DNA from: Acidobacteriota bacterium
Lineage (GTDB): Bacteria; Acidobacteriota; UBA4820; DSQY01
DNA: 63,972 nt
Direction of reading: 5' to 3'
NCBI GenBank assembly: GCA_037443845.1
Contig: JBBINO010000002.1
Span: 26,468-90,439 of the forward strand
Shown here: positions 46,770 through 54,329 of the stretch, one piece after another
Layout of the letters: each line of letters begins with the position of its first letter
How positions within the stretch are numbered: the stretch's first letter is position 1
Translations under genes and position numbers: made by a program
Notes under the pieces: generated by a model
The model's input: the letters and a program-made list of their open reading frames with translations, nothing else
Database searches by the model: none
What the model was told of the DNA's origin: nothing

Positions 46770-48056
46770 CTACTTGCCTGGATTGCTTTCGGCTTCGCGC
46801 GCGAGCGCCTGGGCCTGTGCGTTTCCTGGCTCCAAGGCCAGCGCCAGCCTGGCCTCCATGCCGCCTTCCTCTTTCTTCCCCATGGCTATCAGAAAAGAAG
46901 CGAGCGTCAAATGGGCTTGCACGTTGCTTGCTTCCAAGTCTTTGGCCAGCCTCGCCTGCTCCACGGCCTTGTCCCTCTCGCCGAGCCCCCACAGAGCCCC
47001 GGCAAGATTGAGGTGGGCTCGCGAATATGACGGAGAAATGTCTATCGCCCTCTCCAAAAGGGACTTCGCCTCGGCAAAACGATTTTGCTCAAGGTAGAGA
47101 ATGGCGAGATTGTTCAGCGTCTCCGGCTTGTTGGGCGACAATTCGAGGGATTGCTCATAACAGCGCCTCGCCCCTTCGCGGTCGCCCTTGCCGTAGGCCT
47201 CCACGCCCCTTTGGAAAAGCGCCTCTGCCTCTTTGGACACCTCCGGAACCTTCGCCGCGTCCCTCGCCGCCCCAGACTTCAACGAGGACATCAGCGGCCC
47301 GGCGCTTGACGCGGAATCCGGCGGGTTGCTCTGGCTGGCCGGAGGAGCGTTCTGGCTGACCGGTGGTCCGAGATACCTTACCGCGCCCGCCGTTCCTAGT
47401 GGTGGCCGCCCTTCGGCCGGCTTCGGAGCTTCACCGGCCTTGCTTTCCACCGGCGGCTTGGCGGTCAAAGGCGCCGCCTCTGAAACTGCCACCCCCGTCT
47501 CGGCCGGAAAGCAAAGGCCGTCCAGCTCGAAGGGGAAGGGCTTGTACTTGAGAAACTGCTTCTGAATCGTCCTCAATTTCAGCGTCGCGCCCCTCCTGCT
47601 GGAGGCCAGCGAGAAGCAGACCCTGTAACACGGAGCCCCGTTGTATTCCTTCTTTAGCACGAAGACCGGCGCGCCCTGGGCCTTTTCGAGCTTGGCTACG
47701 AGCGGCTCCACGGCCGCTTTGTCGCAGACCAGGGAGACGCTGACGCTCCAGTACGGGAGGCCGTTTTTCGCCTTCGGAAACATCGAACAGTAGGTACCCG
47801 CGGCATCGTCAAGCCTGCCAGCTTTCAACGCGGCCGAGGCTTTAGCGTACAACACCGCGTCGTACTTCGCCGCCGCGGCCACCCCGGAGGCTGAGGGCTT
47901 AGCGGCCGGATGCCGTTTCTTCACCCGCGCGCCCGGCGCGATCGCCGCCGATACGAGCACCGCAGCAACCAGGAACGCGGCGCCCCGCTTTCCGCCAGGC
48001 CAGACTCGCTTTTGGAGGCTCGCAGCCATCCCGCTCCCCCTTTTTGCCCGTACCAA
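46770..48056 (-). CDS. secreted protein with SPOR-like module and C-terminal TPR repeats
   Basis: It has a signal/anchor segment. The middle segment (YWSVSVSLVCDKAAVEPLVAKLEKAQGAPVFVLKKEYNGAPCYRVCF) is SPOR-like. The C-terminal TPRs read EALFQRGVEAYGKGDREGARRCYEQSLELSPNKPETLNNLAILY... The start is either 48056 or 48029. Confidence 0.6.
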   Translation of the reverse strand: MVRAKRGSGMAASLQKRVWPGGKRGAAFLVAAVLVSAAIAPGARVKKRHPAAKPSASGVAAAAKYDAVLYAKASAALKAGRLDDAAGTYCSMFPKAKNGLPYWSVSVSLVCDKAAVEPLVAKLEKAQGAPVFVLKKEYNGAPCYRVCFSLASSRRGATLKLRTIQKQFLKYKPFPFELDGLCFPAETGVAVSEAAPLTAKPPVESKAGEAPKPAEGRPPLGTAGAVRYLGPPVSQNAPPASQSNPPDSASSAGPLMSSLKSGAARDAAKVPEVSKEAEALFQRGVEAYGKGDREGARRCYEQSLELSPNKPETLNNLAILYLEQNRFAEAKSLLERAIDISPSYSRAHLNLAGALWGLGERDKAVEQARLAKDLEASNVQAHLTLASFLIAMGKKEEGGMEARLALALEPGNAQAQALAREAESNPGK

Positions 48057-48146
48057 TCCTAAACCAGAGGCGCCCGCTTGTCCAGCAAAAACAATTTCTT
48101 CGCCGGGCCGTAGTACAATATTTTATCAGGAGGAGGGAGCGACCTC

Positions 48147-49067
48147 ATGAATGCTCTGGCCTACAGCAGGGTTGCAAAGACGTTCGGCAACGTTGAAGCG
48201 GTCAAGCCGCTTGACCTTGCCATCCCAGCGGGTGGCATCTTCGGCCTTCTGGGCCCCAACGGCGCGGGAAAGACGACACTCATAAGGATGACGATGGGCA
48301 TCTACCTGCCCGACGATGGAGAGATCACGGTCCTGGACAGGCCGCGCGGACAGGAGACTGGCGCCATGCTCGGCTACCTGCCCGAGGAGCGCGGGCTCTA
48401 CCCGAAGATGAAGGTGGGAGAGCTCCTGCGCTTCTTCGGCTGCCTGCGCGGGCTCCGTTCACCGGAGGCCGCGAAGCTGGCCTCCGCCGGGCTCAAGCGT
48501 CTGGGCCTTTCGCAATGGGAGGAGAACAAGGTTGACGAGCTCTCCAAGGGAATGCAGCAGAAGATTCAACTTCTCGTCGCCATCCAGCACAGGCCCAAAA
48601 TTGCCATCCTCGACGAGCCTTTCTCCGGACTCGACCCGGTGAACGTGGAGTTGTTCATGGAGGTCATTCAAGAGGCCGTCAGGGACGGGATGACCATAGT
48701 GCTCTCGACGCACCAGATGGAACAGGTGGAAAAACTCTGCCATTCGATCGCCCTGATCAACAAAGGCGAGATCGTCCTCAAGGGCGACGTCGGGGAGATC
48801 AGAAAACAGTATGGCGCGAGAGCCGTCAGGGCCGAGTTCTCCGACGGGGCGACCCTTTCCCCCGCGGACTTCGCCTCGATCTCAGAGAAAAGCATCCTCC
48901 ATCCCAACGAAGCCCGATTCTTCCTCCGCCCCGAGGCGCACGCGGGCATGGTCCTGAAGCGGCTGTTGGAGCTTCACGTGAAGGTCTCGAAGTTTGAGGA
49001 GGCACAGGCTTCCATGCACGATATTTTCGTCAAGGTGGTCACGGGGGAGGACGACCATGCGAACTGA
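48147..49067 (+). CDS. ABC transporter ATP-binding protein (ABC-2/NatA-like)
   Basis: Walker A is GLLGPNGAGKTT, the signature is LSKGMQQK, Walker B is IAILDEPFSGLD and the H-loop is STHQM. A C-terminal accessory domain is present. Confidence 0.93.
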   Translation: MNALAYSRVAKTFGNVEAVKPLDLAIPAGGIFGLLGPNGAGKTTLIRMTMGIYLPDDGEITVLDRPRGQETGAMLGYLPEERGLYPKMKVGELLRFFGCLRGLRSPEAAKLASAGLKRLGLSQWEENKVDELSKGMQQKIQLLVAIQHRPKIAILDEPFSGLDPVNVELFMEVIQEAVRDGMTIVLSTHQMEQVEKLCHSIALINKGEIVLKGDVGEIRKQYGARAVRAEFSDGATLSPADFASISEKSILHPNEARFFLRPEAHAGMVLKRLLELHVKVSKFEEAQASMHDIFVKVVTGEDDHAN

Positions 49068-50349
49068 CTGGGGAAATATCTACGCCATCGTCAAGCGCGA
49101 ATTCCTCGAACGGGTCCGCAAAAAGTCGTTTCTCGTGACCACGCTTGTAACGCCGCTAATCTTCGGAGTCCTGATGTTCTTGCCGGTCATCCTGCAAGTC
49201 GTGCAGACGGGCAAGCCGGCTTCCGTCATGGTGCTCGACAAGACCGGGTGGGCGGGCAGCGCCGTAATCGCCGCCTCGGCGAAACCGCGTGGCGCCTCGT
49301 CCACGATCGAGGGCCAGGCAGAGCGCGGCGCGATGAACGCGGCCACCTTCAAGGCCGCGCCCGGTGATGCCAACCTTGACCAGATCAAAATTGAAATCGG
49401 GGACGGCAAGGTTGACGGGCTGCTCTTGCTCGAGAACGACCCATCGAACGAGTTGAAAGCAACCTATTACGGCCAGAACGTCTCCAACCCCCAGCTTTTG
49501 CAGATGCTTGACAGCCGCTTGAATTCAGCGCTCATGGAGCACCGCATCGAGGGCTTGGGCCTCGACAAGGCCCTCTCCGAGAAGCTGAAAGGGCGCGCTG
49601 AGGTTGAAACCATCAAAGTCGAGAAGGGGGGCAAGACGCGCAAGGGCTCGATCATGGACTTCCTGATGCCCATCGCCCTGGCGCTGGTAATCTACATGAT
49701 GATTATCATGTACGGCGTCGCCATCATGAACGGCGTGCTTGAAGAGAAGAACAACAAGGTTGTCGAAGTGATCCTTTCCGCGGCCCGGCCCTTCGAACTG
49801 ATGATGGGGAAGATAGCCGGAATAGCCGCCGTCGGCCTTCTGCAATACGCCATCTGGTTCGCCCTGGGCGCCGGCCTCTACCTGTCGAACCCCATGAACT
49901 TCCAGTCCCATGTCGAAGGCCCCATCATCAAGCCCCTCCAGTTGGCGCTGCTCGTACTCTACTTCCTTTTGGGGTTTATCTTCTATTCGAGCCTTTACGC
50001 GGCCGTGGGCGCCACTTGCACCACGCAGCAGGAGACTCAGCAGTGGCAGATGCCCATAACCTTCGGCTTGGTCATACCCTTCGTTCTCATGATGCCAACG
50101 CTCCAAACGCCGAACGCGTCGTGGGTAGTCTTCCTGAGCCTTTTCCCGGTTTCCTCTCCCATCACGATGCTGTTGCGCACTGGAGCGGTGGAAGTCCCCT
50201 ACTGGCAGCTCGCGGCAAGCCTGGCGCTTTTGGTTTTTGGAACAGTCGCCGTAGCGTGGGCGGCGGCCAAGGTTTACCGCGTCGGCATCTTGATGACGGG
50301 CAAGCGTCCGAGCATACCCGAAATTATCCGCTGGATACGCCAAGCCTGA
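49057..50349 (+). CDS. ABC-2 family permease (NatB-like)
   Basis: The ATG at 49057 follows GGGGGAGG and overlaps natA by 11 nt. The product has an N-terminal TM segment, a large extracytoplasmic loop and 5 C-terminal TM helices, which is ABC-2 type topology. The last 29 codons plus the stop form the left copy of the 88-bp direct repeat. Confidence 0.85.
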   Translation: MRTDWGNIYAIVKREFLERVRKKSFLVTTLVTPLIFGVLMFLPVILQVVQTGKPASVMVLDKTGWAGSAVIAASAKPRGASSTIEGQAERGAMNAATFKAAPGDANLDQIKIEIGDGKVDGLLLLENDPSNELKATYYGQNVSNPQLLQMLDSRLNSALMEHRIEGLGLDKALSEKLKGRAEVETIKVEKGGKTRKGSIMDFLMPIALALVIYMMIIMYGVAIMNGVLEEKNNKVVEVILSAARPFELMMGKIAGIAAVGLLQYAIWFALGAGLYLSNPMNFQSHVEGPIIKPLQLALLVLYFLLGFIFYSSLYAAVGATCTTQQETQQWQMPITFGLVIPFVLMMPTLQTPNASWVVFLSLFPVSSPITMLLRTGAVEVPYWQLAASLALLVFGTVAVAWAAAKVYRVGILMTGKRPSIPEIIRWIRQA

Positions 50350-50350
50350 G
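50263..50350 (+). repeat. left copy of perfect 88-bp direct repeat (putative attL)
   Basis: I compared this base by base with 54771-54858: GCGGCCAAGGTTTACCGCGTCGGCATCTTGATGACGGGCAAGCGTCCGAGCATACCCGAAATTATCCGCTGGATACGCCAAGCCTGAG. I saw no mismatch. Confidence 0.92.
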
Positions 50351-50494
50351 GGCGGTGGCGACGGCGCTGTTGCCACGTTGAAAGCAACGCGTAACGATTG
50401 TGCCCGCTACTGGGCGGTACATGCTGCCCCCTCTTTTTGCTTCAGTGGTAAGCGCGCCATTTCCGCCGCGAGCGCCCCTCTGATTTTCGTTGTT

Positions 50495-50524
50495 TTGACA
50501 GATCGCCTCTTTTATTGCTAGCAT
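50495..50524 (+). promoter_or_regulatory. candidate strong sigma70-type promoter inside the islet
   Basis: I read TTGACA (50495-50500), an 18-nt spacer, then TAGCAT (50519-50524). The predicted transcription start falls about 6-11 nt upstream of, or at, the tRNA-like 5' end. Confidence 0.4.
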
Positions 50525-50534
50525 ATTCAGCCGG

Positions 50535-50561
50535 GCCGAAGTGGTGGAATTGGCAGACGCG
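50535..50561 (+). pseudogene. tRNA-Leu 5'-half-like fragment (acceptor 5' strand + D arm only)
   Basis: GCCGAAGTGGTGGAATTGGCAGACGCG is nearly identical to the canonical bacterial tRNA-Leu 5' end (acceptor GCCGAAG, U8-G9, D arm GTGG-AATTGGCAGA-CGCG). I could not fold any anticodon arm, T arm or complementary CTTCGGC acceptor strand downstream. Confidence 0.6.
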
Positions 50562-50911
50562 ATTTGGATGAGTGGGGAGGATCGCGGCGGTCGTTGGCCT
50601 GTTGAACCAAACAAGCGGCATGGAGCTTATGATTGAGTTTTGGAATCTGGTACTCTAGCAAGCTCGCTCCGCGGTCCGCGTTGCTCACGTGCTACGCGAC
50701 TGCTCGCCTTCGCGGGCGGGGCATATCCCCCCCCCCCCGCAGGGGGGCCCTGTGGGAACCCACAGCGGCTCCCTGCGACAGGCTACGGGGAATAGGAAGT
50801 ATCTCGTCCACAAATGGCCTCTCTAGGGGGCCCCCTTTGCAAAGTAGAAGCATGCGGGATCCCGTTGTTCTTCAAGAAAGGCATTCACCAAGCGAAAAAG
50901 GAGGGTAAATC

Positions 50912-51790
50912 ATGAATTTAAAAGGACGTTCAATCTGGACTCTCTGCTTATGCTTGCTGGCTATTTCCATTCCCTTCTTGGCCATGAAATGTAGCGCTTC
51001 AGCAAGTGCCAAGGTTACACACGACTGGCAGTGCCACCAGGGAACAGAGGTCGGGGGGAGCGTTACTGGCAGCTGGCTTGTGGAGCCCAATCTTTCCGAG
51101 GTAGGTATCGTCGTAGTTCCTCCCAGTTGGTTGGAGTACCAGGACGTCAGTTCTCAAGCCACACTGTCGTTGCAGGGGCAAGACGCCTCCGGCAACACGA
51201 TTATCCAAACTGTAGTAATGCCATTAGCGGCTCCAGGAAGGAATGTTGTGGCGCCGTCACCGGGCTCGCTCAGTTATGACTTGACACCTACCGCCGACCA
51301 GCAAAACAGCTATAACAGTTTCACAGCAGCCGTTGAGCCATCGAGTTCGGTTGATTTCACGTGCAATTTCTCTGTTGGGGATGAGCGAATTCTCCAACTG
51401 TCAAGGGCTGTGTATCAACCCTATAGCGTCCAAGTGAGCATTTACAAGGCCGGGACGGATGTAGGCGACTTCACTCTCACGCAATCGCTTTCCGCAATTT
51501 GGAAAGGGTATTTGCTTTCAGCAATTTCTCAGGTTCCCCCGCAGGCTTGGGCTACTGGCAAGCCATTCAAGCCCACGTACCAGACCTTGCTTCAAAACGC
51601 CGTCAGACAAAGCATGGCCGAATGGGATGGGGAGGATCCAGTTTCCGCTAACCGGAATCTGCTCATCGCTATGGATCACCTGAATCAATATATTTCGGAT
51701 CCTGCACAGAGGGACAACTTGTACAGCATTTTCCTTAAGGTGCAGCAGCACGTGCAGAACGTCGCCAGTAGAGTGCCCGAGACCCCATGA
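50912..51790 (+). CDS. secreted hypothetical protein (islet cassette gene 1)
   Basis: An AAGGAGG RBS sits 7 nt upstream. The signal peptide is IWTLCLCLLAISIPFLAMKCSASASA. The N-terminal half is beta-rich and the C-terminal half is helical. I recognise no family. G+C is low. Confidence 0.65.
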   Translation: MNLKGRSIWTLCLCLLAISIPFLAMKCSASASAKVTHDWQCHQGTEVGGSVTGSWLVEPNLSEVGIVVVPPSWLEYQDVSSQATLSLQGQDASGNTIIQTVVMPLAAPGRNVVAPSPGSLSYDLTPTADQQNSYNSFTAAVEPSSSVDFTCNFSVGDERILQLSRAVYQPYSVQVSIYKAGTDVGDFTLTQSLSAIWKGYLLSAISQVPPQAWATGKPFKPTYQTLLQNAVRQSMAEWDGEDPVSANRNLLIAMDHLNQYISDPAQRDNLYSIFLKVQQHVQNVASRVPETP

Positions 51791-52944
51791 ATCCTTGCGT
51801 ACATAAGAGTAGCCTAAAGGCGGGGGGCACGGCCCCCCGCCTCGTCTGGCAACCAATACAACTGCTCTTATGCCTCATTCTGGTTGGGACAATGGCGTCT
51901 TGCGCAACTCATTTTGCGCATCTTGCAGACAGGGGGCCCAAATCCATGGATGGCGAGAGTGGTTCAGCTTCCACCGACATCACCAAGCTTGCGTTGGAGA
52001 ACTGTCACCCCGTTTATTCCGAGACAATGCGTAACGGCAAGGAGTTGAGGGTCTTTGCTTCGGATGGCTTTCATCTAAATTATCCGGCGCTATTAGCCGA
52101 CTGCAATCGCATGATGGAAGTCCTCGCGGAATTCTCGCCTCGACCGCTTCAGAAAAACCTTGCCCTTTTCTATTTTGCCACCGACAAGGCTCCGGACGGC
52201 TGGCGCTGGTCCATGCCGGTGACTGATACGGTGAACTTCATATTGGTTTTTTCGAATGGCCAGGGAAATAGCGACAAGCCGAGTTTCGGCGCAGACAAGG
52301 GCCATGACTGGAACACCACCTCAGGGGAGTGCGCCATTGCGGGGTTCCTCTGCCATGAGTTGACGCATCTTGTTGCTCCGGTCTTCTTCATGAACGCTCG
52401 CGGGATGATGCACCGGCACGCGGGGAGTGGCTGGTTCGGGGAAGGCTTGGCGGAGTACGCAAACTACCTAGCTTGGGATGGAAGCGACCTTTGCACTTGG
52501 CAGAGGGCGGACGCTTCCTTCGCGCTTCTGGCGTTTGAAGATCGATCCCGGCGGAAGCATCTTTGGCGCTGGCAATCCGGGATCAAAAATGACTGGAATG
52601 CGTATGCGGCGAATAATAACGGAGAGGAACATCCGACTTGGCCGGATATCACGAGCGCCTCCCGAGCCACATTTATGGCCCCCGACTACACCACGGCACT
52701 CGGAGCTTTTCTCTTTATGGAACGGATAAAAGGGCGGAAGGAACTGCTGGAGAGCATTCAGCGTATCGTCGCCGGGCAACACTTCCAGGGGCAATCTTTC
52801 TATGACAGCCTCCATAGAGAACTAGGCTTTGATATACGGGAAATCACGTCAAAAGAGATACGTCAGATGGCCGCATGTGCCAACCGGGACGGTTCCTGCT
52901 CTGGTTCGCCAATATTTCCCGAAGGCGGCAAAACTAGGGAATGA
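51787..52944 (+). CDS. lipoprotein-type zinc metallopeptidase, gluzincin / peptidase-MA-like (islet cassette gene 2)
   Basis: It overlaps gene 1 as ATGA. The lipobox-like sequence is LILVGTMASC. HELTH (an HExxH motif) is followed 23 residues later by WFGEGLAEYANY. That HExxH...EGxAEY arrangement is characteristic of MA-clan (Peptidase_MA_2-type) domains. Confidence 0.62.
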   Translation: MNPCVHKSSLKAGGTAPRLVWQPIQLLLCLILVGTMASCATHFAHLADRGPKSMDGESGSASTDITKLALENCHPVYSETMRNGKELRVFASDGFHLNYPALLADCNRMMEVLAEFSPRPLQKNLALFYFATDKAPDGWRWSMPVTDTVNFILVFSNGQGNSDKPSFGADKGHDWNTTSGECAIAGFLCHELTHLVAPVFFMNARGMMHRHAGSGWFGEGLAEYANYLAWDGSDLCTWQRADASFALLAFEDRSRRKHLWRWQSGIKNDWNAYAANNNGEEHPTWPDITSASRATFMAPDYTTALGAFLFMERIKGRKELLESIQRIVAGQHFQGQSFYDSLHRELGFDIREITSKEIRQMAACANRDGSCSGSPIFPEGGKTRE

Positions 52945-53465
52945 AAATGCTATCCTACGCTCCGCCGCATTTTCGGGGTCTCTCTATACTATGCGGGATG
53001 GGAGCTTCCCTTTTTTCTTGTCAGTTTCTTTCTCTCTGGATGCAATATCTAACGCGCTACAAGCCTGCCATGACGCTTGGCAATTGGTTCTTATGGGGAC
53101 GGGTTCTTAGCAAGGGATTCTTAGTGGCGAACATCTTTCCCAACACTAGAGTCTGGCAGGAAGCTTCACGAACGTTTTTCTTGGCAATCGCCTGCTTTGC
53201 TGCTTTCGTCGTATGGAGGCGCACCAGGAAGAATCTGGACTGCGTCTTTCTTGGAGTGTCGTTGGGAGCGGCCACATCTACCCTTGTGGATTTACTCCGT
53301 TTGGGGGCCGTAGTTGACTATTGGCTTCTGCATGTCCCTTCCCTTGGGTTTGCGGTCGCCTTCAACCTCCCAGACATACTCATTTCGATGGCCACCCTCC
53401 TGCTAGCATTTCGTCTTTCGTGTAAGAAGGTTGTGCCCAGCGATGATCACACCACCAGTGAATGA
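52941..53465 (+). CDS. divergent signal peptidase II (LspA, A8 aspartic peptidase)-like membrane protein (islet cassette gene 3)
   Basis: It overlaps gene 2 as ATGA and has about 4 TM helices. The C-terminal half LGVSLGAATSTLVDLLRLGAVVDYWLLHVPSLGFAVAFNLPDILISMATLLL aligns by eye to E. coli LspA [47 protein letters not shown]. Both Asp positions are retained (xLxD and FNLxD). The N-terminal N-x-G-A-A-F box is degenerate (SKGFLVANIF). Confidence 0.45.
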   Translation: MKMLSYAPPHFRGLSILCGMGASLFSCQFLSLWMQYLTRYKPAMTLGNWFLWGRVLSKGFLVANIFPNTRVWQEASRTFFLAIACFAAFVVWRRTRKNLDCVFLGVSLGAATSTLVDLLRLGAVVDYWLLHVPSLGFAVAFNLPDILISMATLLLAFRLSCKKVVPSDDHTTSE

Positions 53466-53915
53466 GGGTAGCAGAGGCAATGCTATGCCCTTGACTGCGT
53501 GTTTAGGGAGCGATACCTGTGCCGCAGGTGGGTTGTTTGAAAGACCGGTAGGTTGCTGGTGAGCGGGGGAGGCTCATTGGGGCGTTGCGTTGATGCGGTT
53601 GCAAATTCGCGGCGCTTGTCCGCCCTTGGCGGGAGGGGCGCGTCTCTCTTCGCGAGCGGTGCGCTTGGTGATCGCAGGGAGACGTCCAGCGCTCCTGGCC
53701 GCTCCGTCATGACTCCTACTCGTCGTTTCGTGATCTTTGCCGGCTTTGGGGCGGCTGGTGACGGCATGGCTGAGGTTCCTAACTGGCTTTCGGTTGTTCC
53801 GGCTTGTTCGTTCGCTCTTCCTACTGTAGTGTCTCTGAATCGAGTTTACCTGTTTGATCCACCATGTGCAGATATCTTAGGCTGTCATGCCGGTCAAGCT
53901 ATTTGCGAGACACTA

Positions 53916-54204
53916 CACTACCGGCCCGATTGAAGCTCCTACGCGGCCATCCGTTGTCCCTACGCGCCTTTCTATCGCTCCTTCCGGCTGTTTCAGGACT
54001 CCTGCGATGGTAGGAAGGGCGGGCGGGCCTGTAGGGATGATGGACGGCCTTGTAGGAATTATGAGAAGGTTCGTAGGAGCCATAAGCGGGCCAGCGGGAA
54101 CACCAAACAGGCTTGTAGGAATGCCAGGCGTGCCGGTAGGAAGTTCAGGCTGGCATGTAGGAATGACGAAATGGCCTGTAGGACGCACAAACGTCCCGGT
54201 TGAA
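53916..54204. repeat. strictly 21-bp-phased array of a TGTAGGA(A/G) core: about 9 copies in one orientation abutting about 4 inverted copies
   Basis: GTAGGA-type cores start at 54010, 54031, 54052, 54073, 54094 (degenerate GCGGGA), 54115, 54136, 54157 and 54178. Inverted TCCTAC-type cores start at 53937, 53958, 53979 and 54000, with a weak one at 53916. The arrays meet at TCCTGC-GATG-GTAGGA. Confidence 0.85.
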
Positions 54205-54329
54205 AGGTTGAACGTCCATCGAGAAATCTCTTATGTCTCGGCCCGGTCGGCGGGCTGGGGTCTGCCGTTTCAAGTCGTGCCAGAGGGTTTGTTTCATTGG
54301 GCCAGTTTTTCGGAGAGGAGGTTGTGCAG

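Noticed and set aside
50535-50625. A complete tRNA-Leu gene, possibly with a long variable arm or an intron.
   Set aside because: Only the acceptor 5' strand and D arm are present. The candidate anticodon stem TTTGG/GGGAG does not pair. No TTCGAAT-type T loop exists, and no CTTCGGC acceptor complement occurs within 400 nt.
53916-54204. A CRISPR array. The 2x21-bp repeat at 14621-14662 was considered under the same idea.
   Set aside because: The period is only 21 bp, with a 7-bp conserved core and no spacer-sized unique segments. There are no cas genes in the window.
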